64,000 nucleotides of DNA, taken from contig OY253679.1 of the NCBI GenBank assembly GCA_958009085.1, positions 620,001 to 684,000 of the forward strand, read 5' to 3'. How positions within the stretch are numbered: the first letter of the stretch is position 1; every line of letters begins with the position of its first letter. A model generated the notes under the pieces. It saw only the letters and a list, made by a program, of their open reading frames with translations. It made no database searches and was not told the DNA's origin. Of the stretch, positions 25,993 through 39,178 are shown one piece after another. The position numbers and the translations under genes were made by a program. Source of the DNA: Protoeuglena noctilucae. Taxonomy: Eukaryota.

Positions 25993-28900
25993 TCACGCGT
26001 CGCCGCCACGCAAGCTCAGCTGCGCCACCATGCGCCCCGTGGCGATGGCGGTCACTGTGGGGACAAGAACGACAGATAATTGTGTCGGATGACGCGTGCC
26101 TTGGTACCACACACGGGTCACGTGCCCATCCACCCACACGAGGCGTTGTGCCCCTCTCTCACAGTCCCAGACTCACCCATGGGGTTGGCGCCCGTGGCGC
26201 TGGGGAACGCCGAGGTGTCGCAGACGAAGAGACCCGCGACGTCCCAGCTCTCGCCCTCGGGGTCGAAGGCGCTTGAGGCGGGGTCGGATCCCATGCGAGC
26301 CGAGCCCATCTGGTGCGCAGAGCCCACCACGGATCGGTTGGGGCGGATGCCCTCCGCGCGCACGTGGCTGCGGACAGGATTCTGGCAGCATCGCCAACGG
26401 TGCCCGGGGCATCAGTGTTATGCAACACGATATGTACCACCAACACATGGATTCCCATGCTTGGTCGCGAGATCCGTCCAGTGACACAGCGGGTAGCCAG
26501 GGCCGCTGGGCCACGGGCACCGGCGATACCCAACTCGCGGCACAGATACGTCATTCGGTGGTACCATGGTAGCAGCGTAAGACATCTTGAGAGGTTTCGT
26601 AACAACCCCACCTGAGGAACTCCCGCAGGTCCTGGCGCCCCTCTTCCCCGGAGCGGACGTCGCACGAGCTGCCCTCCATCTGCTGCAGGGTCCCGACCGT
26701 CGTGGCGCCCGCGGCCACCAGCGCCTTCAGGCACATCTCCACGCCGCGCATCATGTCCTGGCGGTCCTCGGCGTTGGGCCAGTAGGCTACGCAGGGGCGG
26801 CCGGTGGCGTCGACCGTGACACGGCCCTCCGAGCGGTCGCGGTGGTAGAGCAGGAAGAGGGCGGTGCGGTCCGCGTGGGCCATGATGCGCTTGTGGGCCG
26901 CGGCGCCCGTCCAGGGCACCAACGCGGCGATCTGGCCGGGGTGGAAGATGGGCGTGGCGACCATGGGACCGTGGTGGGGCTGTCGGTCCCACTGCGCGAG
27001 CTCCAGCGACACGGCAGAGAAGGCAGCGCCGCGCCACATGACCACGCGGCTGCCCAGGGGCGGCGTCGGGCACCGCGCGGGGATGGCGAGGTCCTCGACG
27101 TCCCTCACTGCAACGCGCCACGGACCAAGCAAGCGTTTACGCCCACGATTGGCAGAGTCGTGGACAGCTGCACCGGCGCTCTCCACAAGGTCTCAAAACA
27201 GGACAGTCGACCCCCAGCCTCGCACCACACATGGCTAGGGAACCAAGACTGCAGTGGAAAGCTCACGTGAGGGGAGGTGGGGCGTACGTCCGTTCGGACC
27301 CTCGGCCTTTGCCAGGGGTGCGTCCTTCCCGTAAGGAATGTCCGCCTCCCCTTCGTTCATCTGCCCCCACACGACCTGGGCCGGGTGCAGGTGTAGGTGG
27401 GCCCCCACGTTGCCCCGTCCGTGGATGCCTGGGGGGCGGCAGGGGCACGCAGGGGCAACGATTGAGCCGAAACGGCACTCAATCTCGCGCACACACTCTT
27501 GCGCATCCGCACGGGCCCGCCCCGGCCCTCACCGCTTTGCAGCAGCAGCGCGGGCGTGTGGATGGCCCCGCTGGCGGCGTACACGTGCTTGCACCGCAGC
27601 AGCACAGAAAAGCGGGAATCCGGCAGAGCGCCATGCGGCCAGGGGCGGTGCTCCACCAGCAGCCCAGCCACCATGCGCGCGCGACCCCGGGCGCCGCCCT
27701 TGGTGCCTGAACAAAAGCGAGATAGTAAGGGGTAGGAGTTACGTAGGCGGAGCAAGGGGCACGCTGGTCGCGCTGGTCGGGATAACCTGCTTCTGACCGA
27801 TGAGGCTGCCATCACCATGACGCGCCCCCACGCCCCTGCCCCCCACCTGCCTGCATGGTGCGCAAATAACCATCCGACCCAACCGATGCTCCCCCTGCTG
27901 TCCCGGCAGCGACAAGCCTCGCTGCCTTACCTGCCGGCGCAGTGACGATGCGAGCAGCGTAGGCCTCCGTCAGACAAACGGCGCCGTCGCGGCAGGCATC
28001 ATGGAGATACGTGGTGAGCATGTCACGTTTGTGGCCGTGGGAACAGCCGAGGACGCAGTGGGCGGAACAATCGCCCGGCTTGCCCTGGCAGTTGCGGGGC
28101 ATGGGGCCCACGTGGACCCCCAGGGAGGTGAGGCCGTGAGAAAGGACCTGGTCCATGGGGCTGCGAGGAGAGTCAGGTCATAAAATGAGTTACCTGTTAT
28201 GCTAAGTGTTGTGCAGTGCTCATACAGTCGCCTGGTCACAGTGGGCGGCTCCCCATGCTGACGTCACAGCGGATGTCGTGGCGGGGAGTCGTGGTTATGA
28301 CATGGTGGCAGACGCGCTTGCAATCGATCCCATCGGCCACAGGTATATGCTCGCCGCGGTTGGCATCCAACTCTGGCTCACCTGTGGTCGAATCCCTCGG
28401 TGCGCACCCCTAGGCGCTTGCACACGTCGTCCAGGGCCGCGTCAAAGACGGGGGAAGCAAAGTGCTTGCAGCCGTGGCGCTGCGCCCACTCCTCCCGGAC
28501 GTGACCGGGGGTGCGCCAGCACGCGCCCTGCAAAGGGGTTGCACGAGCGGCTGCGGTGTGAGAGGTGGCTAGCCCATGGGGTGGTTATGCGGACACACTT
28601 GCTGACAACAGCGAAGACAAGGTAGATTCTTGCAACGTGAGTACGATTGGAACAACTGCATGGCTGTTGCCGCACCGCTCCCAGACAGCGATTGGCCCAC
28701 CACGCACCCAGTTGATGGTGGGTCCCCCTCCCAGCGTTGAGCCCGCCATGATGATGACCGAGGAGTCCTCCGTGGCCATGAGACCGCCGCGCTCGTACAT
28801 GGTCGCCAGGGAAGAGGCCTCCTGCAGTGTCAGGTTAGCCGCAGGCTGCCATGTGCTCTTCTCCACCACCACCACGCGCCGCCCCGCCGCCGCCAGCACC

Positions 28901-29939
28901 GCGGCCGCCGCGCTGCCGCCGGCACCCGACCCCGTCACGGCCGCGTCGCACTCCACCACCAGTGCCGGCTTGGCAGCGCCCGCCAGCGCCGTGTCCTCTT
29001 CGGTCGGGATGCGCACCGTGAGCCCTTTGCTCTCCAGACGGTGGCGGAGCTCGGCGATGGACGCGTCGTCCGGCGCGCGCCTGGTTGGGGCACGTCGGAA
29101 ACAGGTGCAAATCAGTACCGCCAGAGCCCACACGCGGCCCTTGGGTTGCAAGCCAGGATGATGCATGCAGGCCTCTGCGCCCGTCACCTGTCCTTGCCAG
29201 CGGCAGCTGAGAGGGACACGACGGCGTTGTTGATGACCTCCTCTGCCCGCCGGCGCAAGGCGGACACAGGGGGGCGCGGGTTCGGGGGCCCAGGGTAGCC
29301 GATCAGCGGCCAGGTCGGGTTCAGGGACGCGCCCGGCGCGACACGCGCGTAGTACGTGAGGAGAATCGCGGCCTTGACGCCCCGGAACAGCCCGCAGATG
29401 TCGTTCAGGCCGGAGTTGTACCAGCCGCGCAGGGCTGCTTGGCGCTGCGCCAGCGACAGCTGCGGGAAGCACTGGGGAACGACGGACGTGAAGGGCCAGC
29501 CGCCGAGCAGGAGGCCGCCCAACCGGGTGTCCAGAAGCGGAAGGACGATCTGAAGTTTCTTCACGCCCGACGCGGCAGCTGCTGATTCGAGAAAGTGGAG
29601 GACGTGCCTGCGAAGCGAGGTACGCATCCCAGTACGCGACTCCGGCCCAGGGAGCGGCGCGATCGCGCGGCGAGGACGTAGCACGACACCTACAGAAGTC
29701 GTCATCGATCGCGCCGAGCCTGAGGAGCTCTGAAACGCGCTTGGCGTCCTGATTTGCTTCCCCATGATCTCCCTCCGCCACGACCTGCGTGCGCCGCCGG
29801 CCACGCTCGCTGTGCATTCGATGAAACGTGATCGCGCGAAATTCGCCAGCGCCTTGAGAATCAGAGTCGCGGGCGATCTCACCAGGCCCTCGGCAAGTGC
29901 CCGCACCACCGCGACGTTCCGGTCGTTCACGAGCGTCAT
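25993..29939 (-). CDS. Long-chain fatty alcohol oxidase (FAO-type GMC oxidoreductase), multi-exon
   Basis: [115 protein letters not shown]. Confidence 0.85.
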
Positions 29940-30142
29940 TGCGGGCCGATCGATGCTGACATCCAGAATTAAGGGCAGACGATCGCCACGGCCAGCCTTC
30001 TCTTCAAGCTGCTGCTGCTGCGCGACGCGACAACTGTAAAAGCCCACGCATGCGTTACCCTCTCTGGCACCAAGGTCCGAAAGTACCAAGTGAGCTCAAG
30101 CCAACTCTGCATCTGTCTCCACGACATACCGCGCGGGCGCGC

Positions 30143-32849
30143 CTACTTCGCCTTGCGCGTGACCTTCTCCACCTCGCGGTCCACCATGGCGCAGTACGCG
30201 TTGATGTCGAACTTGCGCTTGCACCCGTTGTAGTTCATGTACCGAATCTTGCCAAAGATGGCGCGCTCGCCCCACCCCTGGTCGTGGATGCCCGCCACCG
30301 ACCACATGCACCCGACGAAGCCGTTCGGGTCGCGCCCGTCGATTGAGTACTTGTCGTTGAGGTAAATCGAGATCTCCACCGCGTCCTGCGGGCAATCTCG
30401 AAAGCCGTCGATATTTCACTGAAAAAGTCGGCTGAAGATCGAGATCACGCGTCGCGCTGCAAACGTGGTGCAAACGTGATGTGCCGCATGCAGCCCATGC
30501 AACCCATCCTCGCCTTGGGGCTCTCCGTCCACTCGAGGATCTTCTTGGCCCAGTACATGCGCATGAAGCCGTGGATCTTGCCCAGGTGCACCAGCTGCTT
30601 CTGCGACGCGTTCCACAAATGGTCGGCCGTCTTGCCCGCCTCCAGCTGCGCCTTCGTGTAGAGGTGCTCCCGCTGCGAGGGGCCAGAGAAACACGCGAAA
30701 CGTCGCCGCGCGAGCCATCCAAGAGCCATCCAACAGCCACGTGTGAGCTCCCGAGCTACCCGCAACAAGGCCGCCCTCGGAGCAAGCAGCACGATCGACA
30801 CCCCGCGCCCGGCACATCCCTAGCTGCACTTCTCCCCTGCGACGATCGCCGCGCCCCGCAGCCCCTCGCCTTGTCCGCGCTGTGCTTCTCCAACGTCTCC
30901 TTGGCCCACCCAGCCGCCGCCTCCAGGTTGTCATAATTGGGCTCGTAAAAGACGTAGTTGTCGCTCAGCTCCCGGCGGATGATTAACTCCTCCAGGAACG
31001 AGTCCACCGACTCCTTGTACGAGTTCTGTCGAAACGAGACACGGGGTGGCTCAGTAAACCCTATGCCACGTGGCACAGAGAGCTCGCACGAGCGTGCAGC
31101 CATACAGCGCTCGCACGCATGGGTAGTGGTAGTTCGTCGTGTGTACAGCCGTAACATGCCCAGACGTGCCCCACGCCTCGCCTTGAATGGGAGGGCCTCC
31201 AAGGCAGCCCGCTGCGGCGCCAGCTGCCCCGAGTGCAGGTAGGGCGACAGGTTGCTCTGTGCCGACGGCATGGTGGGGTCGTTGCGCTTCGATCCGTACA
31301 GCGACAGGCGCTCCTTGGTCAGGAAGCCGCCCTTCCCCAGCAGGGCCTGCGAGTAACGGGTGCAAGACGTCCAGGGTGGGGGTCCTCGTGAGCGCACCTG
31401 GCCCTGGAGAGCACTACCAGCTGTCGCAGCAAAAGTCTCACCTCGCGTGCCGCATCCTCCCCGGGCTTGCACCACGAGATCTCCGGCACCGCCTTGCCAC
31501 GCTCGCGGGCGTCCCTGCAAAGGAGGAAGCGACACACTTTCCATGACAAGCTGCCGAATGTTTCGTGACACAGCCACCTCGACCTCGTTATGACAAGGCG
31601 GCTGGTCGGTTCAATGCAGTCGACGACCCTCGGCAAGACTGACACCCTCGTTGCCACTCACTCGATTACTTCGTCCCAGGGAATGGCTGGGGCCGCCTTG
31701 AGGGACCCGGGCCACTGCGCCACGGGCTCCAAGGGCGGGAACTCCTTCAGCCACGTCCCCAGCAGCTTGTGAATCTGCGTGACAGGAACGCTGGGCTCGG
31801 TCGGAGCGGCGAGTAGCGTGGGTTGGCACTGCAGTGCCCCAGCGGGTGAACACCGAGGCGGCCCCGTCTGCCCATGGACCCCTCGCCTTAGGCCGGATGG
31901 TCCGCGCGGCCGTCTCCCTCTTGTTGGATGCCTCCCATACCGGCACAATGTTGTGGGCGTCCACCTCGTGCACCGGGCACGCGACCTGGGCCGCCACGTC
32001 CTTGCGCTGGGCGACGCTCTCGCGCATCGGCATGAAGTCTGCGTGAAGCAAGGATAGAAGACGAGTCGTCTCGAACTCGTGCCCAACTCATGCTCACGTG
32101 TTGTGCTTGTTGCCAAGTCGCATGTTGTTGTCTCTACATGTTCAGGCCTTGCCACAGGCACTCACCCGTCACCAGGAGCCCTGCCTTGACCTCCTTGACC
32201 AGCTTGGACACCTCCTGCACGGGGTCGCCTTGGAGCAGGAAGAACGGAATGTTGAGCTTGCTCAGCTGCGGGGGCGCAGAGATGAAAAGAAGTCACATCG
32301 CCATGCATGGCCAACAGCAGCGGTGCCACGAGGCTGTCCAGCAACAGGCAAGCATCAGTGAATGAATCCACCCGAGTATCGACAATCGATGCATGGCAAC
32401 GCAGGCAGGGCACTGCCGCAACCTCACCTTCGCGGGCATCTCTTGCAGACCCCGCAGCATGAAGACCGGCTGGCGCGCGCCCTGGTCGAGGAAGGCAGGG
32501 TCCACGTTGTAGCACACGGCGAGGGGCTTGCCGCCCTTCTTCGCCTGCTCCGCGGCGTAAATCAGCGCCCAGTTGTCGGCCACGCGCTGGTCCCGGCACA
32601 TCCAGTACACGACCGGGCCGTCTCCGACCTTGCCGCCCTTGACCTCCCGCACCCTCCTGCGAGGGGCCAAACCAGCGGGCGCGTGGGAGCTAGAGGCACC
32701 ACCCAGCGTCTAAGAGTCGGCTGCCAATGCGGGCAGCCCGCGCACCTGTCGTCGCAGTGAGCGGACGCCGCGCGGGACTTCTTGGTGGACGGCCCGGCCT
32801 CCTCGGGCCCCGCGGCCTCCTCCTCGGGCTTGCGCTTCCCAGGCGTCAT
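30143..32849 (-). CDS. Class II CPD DNA photolyase, about 10-11 exons
   Basis: [113 protein letters not shown]. Confidence 0.95.
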
Positions 32850-33499
32850 CTCGTCCTCGTTACCTAGCGCCAGAGCGGCTGCGATGGGAGAAATATCGGC
32901 GCTCGAGCGCGGGAACGGCCGGGGACACCACGGCCAGGACATGCGTGGATGCGGACTCGAGGGGCCGGGCGAGGGGCCGCGCGTGTGCAAGGCAGACATT
33001 CGTGTCTTGCCTGCTCGAACGTTGAGCTTGCGGGGTCTCGGGGGGCGGATGGCCCGCGCGGCGAGGCTGCCGGCACGAACGTGTGGTGCGACGGGGAGAG
33101 CGCCGACGGGATGCGGGCGGCAGAGGTTGCAGCTCCTGGCCGCGAGCCGCCAGAGCATACGACGGGTCCACAGACGGTTTGGCCGCCTTGGAGGGGCAGC
33201 AAGGTCAAAGCAATGGAAGGGATGGGGTCAGGGAAGGAGCGATACAGGACTCAGACGCTGTAGAGCGATTCGGTCTTGAACCAATGTCGCGCTGATATCG
33301 CAACGGTGGCGAATAAACGCTTGGATTGGCGCGATCGGCTGCCAGACACTCGCGACGGTTGGAGTCGGCCATGACATTGGTGGTCCGGACCTCGCTGTCG
33401 CCATCAGATTGCGTTTTGTCAACCTCGCATCGTCACATCCGCGGCACGTCACGGGTCGGGGCAAAGCACAATCCACGTTCTCTACGTTGTCTCCCCGGG

Positions 33500-35332
33500 A
33501 TGAGCGAATCCGACGATGACATTCCGCAAGCAGTGCCTCTCGACCAGTCCTTTGATCATCGCGCTCCCATCGCGCCTGCCGATGGCGGCAACAGCCAAGG
33601 AGGTGGGCTGGGACGCAGGGCTGACGCATCTGAGGGCTCCACGCGCGGTCCGCGGCCGTATCCCCCGACACCATGCATTCAGCGTGATTCATGAGTCGTT
33701 CTCTGCCATACGCAGCCCCCCAGGCCCCCTCCGCGGCGTCCCCGAGGGGCATCCCGGTCCTCCTCTTGACGGGCTACCTCGGCGCCGGCAAGACGACGCT
33801 GCTCAACTACATCCTCACCGCGGACCATGGGCATCGCATAGCAGTGATCATGAATGAGTACGGGGAGGAGTCGGGCATCGAGTCCGCCCTCTCCGAGTTC
33901 ACCACGAGGGCCGGGAAGCAGTCGGGCAGCAGCCTCGAGAAGTGGGTCGAGGTGGCGAACGGCTGCCTGTGCTGCTCGGTCAAGAGCGACTTCTTGATGG
34001 CGCTGGAGGCGCTCGTGCAGGACCCGACCAAGGCGAGGCGCTCAGTTCTTAGCCCCTTCGTCTGCTTGCCTGTTGGTGATGCAGAAGCACGACTCTTCTC
34101 TGCATGTCCTAACCGCAGATGTTCCATTACGTGATCATCGAGACCACGGGGCTGGCTAACCCGGGCCCGGTCGCTGCGGCGCTGTGGACGGACGCAGAGC
34201 TGGAGGCGGCCGTGTGCCTCGACTGTATCATCACGGTCGCCGACTGCCGCAACCTGAGGCGGCAACTCGCCGAGCCGCCCGGGGAGGGAGGGACGAACGA
34301 GGCGCAGCAGCAGCTGGCCTACGCAGGTGGGACCTGGCTTACGCAACCTCGCCCGGCGTGGCCAGCTTGTCCAGCTTGCCCTGCGCCTGTGCTTAGGCCC
34401 TTTGACCCACGCGCCTCCCAGACGTCGTCCTGCTGAATAAGACGGACTTGGCAAAGGACGAGGCGGATCTCGAGGACTTGGAGGCGCTGGTGCGGGAAAT
34501 CAACGCCGAGGCGGAGGTGCTGCGCACGCACCGGGGGCGCGTCGACTTGTCCGTGATCCTCGGCCGTGGTGCCTACGTGCAGCAGGTGAGCGACCGCGGC
34601 GCACGTGGAGCACGGGGGGATCGGGCAGTTGCCAGGGCCCAGCAACCTTGCGCTGAAGACAGGGCCCCAGAGGTGAGGGCCCCAGAGGTGCTGTGCCGAG
34701 CTGCAGGGCGGGCATGATGCCCCCGGGGCTCGGCGTGCGGCCACAGCCCCGTCTGGGAGGGGAGAGGACGCGGCATGCAGCACGTGCGGAGAGCGGCGCT
34801 GCGGGGTCCACGTCGCCTCGCGGCCGCACAACCTGAGCGTGGGCACAGTGTCCATCGTGCTTGACCGTCCCGTCCAACTCGACGCCTTCCGGTCCGCGCT
34901 CGATGAGCTGCTGTGGGAGAGGGCGTCTCATGGCATGGACGTCTTCCGCATGAAGGGGTTCCTCAACGTGGCCGGCAGCAGCCACGCCCACATTTTGCAG
35001 GCGAGCACACACGCAGCGGCGTGCGTCCCAGAGAGCCGTACCGCTCCTTTTGCTCTGTGCTGCTCCTGCCAACACAGACACCCGGCTGCGCTCGCAGGCT
35101 GTGCAGGAGCTGTACGACATCGTGGAGTTGGACGAGGTGTGTCGGGGTGTGGTGAAGCAGGAGCGACTTGGTTGGTGACAGGCAACGCCAAGGCAACGCC
35201 AAACCGCCCTGCCTGCCCCGCCTCACGCAGGAGCTTGCCCAAGACGCCCGCACGAGGATTGTGGTGATAGGGAAGAGGCTGGACCGCGCAGCCCTCGAGT
35301 CCCGGTTCAAAAGATGCATTGAAGGAGCATGA
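33500..35332 (+). CDS. COG0523/CobW zinc-regulated GTPase metallochaperone (ZNG1-like)
   Basis: [22 protein letters not shown] (Walker A); NGCLCCSVK (CxCC); [14 protein letters not shown]; Cob[25 protein letters not shown]. Confidence 0.9.
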
Positions 35333-35489
35333 GCTGAATGCGCTTGGGCCGAATGGTTGAAGAAATCCTGGTCTGACCGGTTTCTGACGCAAGACAGCGG
35401 TGTCGCCGCCGGCCCGGCCACGCCGTAGGCCCGAGCCGCTCCCGCGCTCCCGTCCTTTCCTCAACCCCGTGTCTGGAACCGGCGACACC

Positions 35490-36889
35490 ATGGTGAGACC
35501 CGCGGCGACGGATTCGCCGGGCTCGCTCTCTTGGCTCGGAGGAGCAGCCCGAAGCAGCGACGGGGCCATCTCTGCGTCGTTCCGTCGCTGCTGGCGGCAT
35601 CTGCCGTGCCCCGCTCGCCACCGCTGGCCCCGAACGGGTCGGGCCGGGGTCGATGCGGAGGAGCGAGCCGCGCAAGGGGTCCTGGCTCTCCCGAGCTTTG
35701 CTCTTTCGCTCGTGTCCATCAATGACGAGCGTGGACCTGCGGCGCGCGCCGGGTCGCGCGGGGGGGTCTCGCGGCTGCCAGGGGCCCCTCCCGCGCCCTC
35801 AGCGCCTGCTCTCGCCCCGCTGTCGCGCGCCTGAGGACTCTTGCTTGCATTTGAGGGGGCGGGTCGCAGTTTTCCGCCTCGGACGCACCCGGGGGGCGCA
35901 CGGGAGGCCTTTCCGTGCTTGTCGCTGGATGCGCGGGGGCGCCGGGCCCCGCACGCATGTGCTGCGTGCGGCCTGCCGCCACCTCGAGCTTGCGTCCCTT
36001 CCACTGCAGGGGATCGACATCATCGCCGGCGGGCGGGTCAAGAAGACGGTCCGCACCGCCCCGGCGTCGGACAACGTCTACCTCAAGGTCCTGGTGAAGC
36101 TCTTCCGCTTCCTGGCGCGGAGGACGGATGCCAAGTTCAACAAGGCGAGCGCCTGGGGGCCGCGCGGCGTCGGGTCGCGCGCGGGGGCGGGACACCCTCG
36201 CCATGACACGCACCCGCGGGGCCTGAGCGGCGAGCGCGGCCCGTTCCCCGCCGCAGGTGGTGCTGAAGCGCCTGATGATGTCGCGGACCAACCGGCCGCC
36301 GATGTCCATCTCGCGCGTGTGCAAGTTCATGGCCAAGAAGGACGTGAAGAAGCAGACGGCCGTGCTCGTGGGGACCGTGACGGACGACGTCCGCACGGGC
36401 TGGGAGATGATCAAGGCGAGCGACGGTGGCGTGCAAAGGCGGCCGCGCTGGTCACCTCGCGCAGAGACTGAGACGGAGCGGCGCGCTGACGCCGCCCCGC
36501 TGCCCGGCCTCCCGTAGAACCTGCGCGTAGTGGCGCTGCGCTTCACGGAGGGTGCGCGCGCGCGGATCGAGAAGAACGGGGGCAAGTGCCTGACGTTTGA
36601 CCAGCTGGCGCACATGGCGCCCACGGGGGCCAACTGGTGAGAGGTCATGCGCAGATGCATGCTGGCGGGCAGGTGCGGCGTAGCGCCTCCCTGCGCCGTA
36701 CGCTTATCGGAAGCGGCTCCCCGTGCACCGCAGCGTCCTGCTCCGGGGTCCCAAGAACGCGCGGGAGGCGGTTAAGCACTTCAGCGCCCCCGGTGTGCCC
36801 GGGTCGTCGGCCAAGCCGTACGTGCGGTCCGTGGGGAGGAAGTTCGAGCGCGCCCGTGGCCGCCGCCCGTCCCGCGGCTTCAAGGTCTG
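35490..36889 (+). CDS. RPL18: 60S ribosomal protein L18 (eL18); ATG-only first coding exon, 5 exons
   Basis: [70 protein letters not shown]..|[56 protein letters not shown]. Confidence 0.95.
35714..35838 (+). ncRNA. Candidate intronic box C/D snoRNA in RPL18 intron 1
   Basis: GTCC..ATGACGA (box C-like, 35722-35728)..CTGA (box D, 35831-35834)GGAC, with a GTCC/GGAC terminal stem; no guide target identified. Confidence 0.3.
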
Positions 36890-37432
36890 AGCCGGTCCGT
36901 GTGGGGCTCGCCTGGGCTGGCTGCGGCCGGGCGCCCGGCCGTGCTTGCGTGCGTCGATTCCGGGGCCGGGGCCGCTGCCGTCGCCAGTTTGAAAGCAGAG
37001 CGAGCAAGCCGCGAGGTGGCGTAGGGCGGATGGGCAAAGCGCGTGCGAGGGGGCCTGGCTACCCCTGGCTCAGGGCAACACCGTAGCGGGGATGCCCTGG
37101 CACTCGTCATGCTGGTAACGAACTGATGCGGCATGCTCTGCACCAGAAAGCCTGTCGGCGGCGGCGGTCCTCGCATTGCGGCGTCTCTGTGTTTGTTTGT
37201 CTCGCGTGGCAGATCTGCTGATGGCGTAGGGGTGGCTGATGAGTCCTGCAGGGCAGATCACAGGGTGGGAGTGGGCACATGCGCTACCAGCGCGTTCCTG
37301 CCTCGCCCCTCGCCGAGCGTACGGAGGATGGCTGCGCTGGAGGGGGGCTGGTGGCGTTCGGGAGGACGGGGACACGTGGGCGCATCGCCGTGCGGCCACG
37401 ACGCGTCGCTTCTCGCAAGCAACGAGAAAACG

Positions 37433-38802
37433 CATGACGATGGGGCTCGAGGGAGTGTGTTTCGACGGTCGACCGGTGCGCGCCAGGCCTGATTTCATGT
37501 ATGCAAGAGAACTCCCGAATTCGGCATGATGCCATTGCCGCTGTCGACCCTGAAAGCGTGCGCATCCGCAGGTCCTGACCGCCGCGGCGTGGCTGGCAGC
37601 CGTCAGCCTGTGGGGGGATGAGCGGCGCTGGCCACCTTGGTCGCCGGTCCTCAACGGCCACCTTCACTCCATATGGCCCGCGGTGGAGCACCTCTGGGAG
37701 GGGCCGGTCCTCTTACGCATGGTGAGGGTCTCGCGCGACCCGTCATTGCGCTTTGCTAGCCCTGCCAATGGCTCCCACCAAGTGGGCACCAAATGCACCC
37801 CACCAAGTGCGCTCCTGCACTTGCAGGTCCTGGACGAGAACCCCAAGCTCGCCCTCGAGGACTCGCCACCGGGCCTTGGGATGCGGAGGCGACGGCGGCC
37901 CTTGGGTGAGGGCAGCTGCGTTAGCGGTGACGCAAGGCTGACGCGCTGGCAAGGGCACCTGCCCATCGTCGTCTATGACATGGCGCCACAAAGCCTTCGC
38001 CCATCTCGCCACAGTGCCCGGAGAGGTGGTGGAGAACTGGGTCCAGCTACGCGAGTCCTGCTTCGTGAGATGGGGCCTGGGACCGCTCAGCGACGCGCAG
38101 GCGCTCGAGCTGGACCGCCACTACGCGGCCTGCGTCCACGCGGTGCTGGCGGCTGCTCCAGGGAGCGAGGGCCGCGGCGCTGCCATCAGCGACATCGACG
38201 CGGCCCTGCTGGCCTTGGCGAGGGAGGCGGGGATGCATCGGGAGCCGCCGAGTCTCCAGAGCCACGCACCAGTGGTCGCGGCGATCAACACGGGCGCGCG
38301 CGTGTCTATCCGCAGCCCACTGCCACCCCAGCTCGTCCGGCTGGCGCTGCTTCAGGCCGGCGTGCACAGGTGAGGGTCCGGGAAGGTGCTACGGGTACCA
38401 CCCCTCTCGGCTGTAGACGAGTGCTACAGTCGCACGGCGCCCACGCAGCGATCGTCTGGACGATATCCTCTCGTGGGACGCATCGAGAGGGGCCGGCCTG
38501 GACCCCAGCGTCGTCTTGGTGGGGCGCGTGGGCCCCTTGGGGGACGTTCTCGGCGTGCAGGAAGAGGGGGCCCGCGGGGAGTGGCTGATGGCGTCGTGGG
38601 GCTGGGCTACCGCGTCCCAGCAGGCCGCCAGTCCCTGCCGAGTCGTGCATGAGGGAGAGGTGACTGGGTTTGATGTGTGGCATGCAGGGACATGGCCGGG
38701 GGGGAATGTTGATCTTTGCATGCCTCAACCTGGCCCCTGCAGGTCGTGGAGGCCCTGGGATGCAGCGAGGACCGAATGGTGATGGACGGCATCGCTTGGT
38801 GA
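37433..38802 (+). CDS. Hypothetical multi-exon protein
   Basis: Exon-like segments flanked by CAG/GTGAG (for example VVENWVQLRESCFVRWGLGPLSDAQALELDRHYAACVHAVL; last exon VVEALGCSEDRMVMDGIAW*); start uncertain. Confidence 0.35.
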
Positions 38803-39178
38803 TGGGCCATTTGGCGAAACAAGGCCCTAGCAGGGTAGGGTTTTCGGAACTTGGGATGCGTCCTTGAGCTGGCTCGAAAACTCCGGATTATTATTGTATG
38901 GTGTTTGACTAGGTAGTTTCCCTGGCTCAGCTTGGCTTTGCTGTGTCAAAAGCGCCGGGGCTACCATGGCCGAGGCCCCCGGAGGTTGAGCGACTCGTAT
39001 GGCTGCTAGCGGTCTGTTCGGTGTCCTCGGCGCGACCGGCGTCCGGGCGCTGGGTGGCTTGCTGGTGAGAGGGGGAGGGCCTCTCGTTGCGCGCACCGCG
39101 GGCTCCGTGGTCGCGCTCCCTGCCTCCTCGTGCCACGAAATGTTCGAATCTTTGAAGCGGACTCCCCCCGCGCCGAGG

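Noticed and set aside
25993..29939. Alcohol oxidase as a pseudogene (fragmented ORFs)
   Set aside because: The fragments I checked join in frame at canonical splice sites (for example [18 protein letters not shown]) and the catalytic motifs are intact
37236..37260. Hammerhead ribozyme core (CTGATGA-GTCC-TGCA-GGGC)
   Set aside because: The required GAAA after stem II is missing (AGAT instead) and no stems I/III are evident
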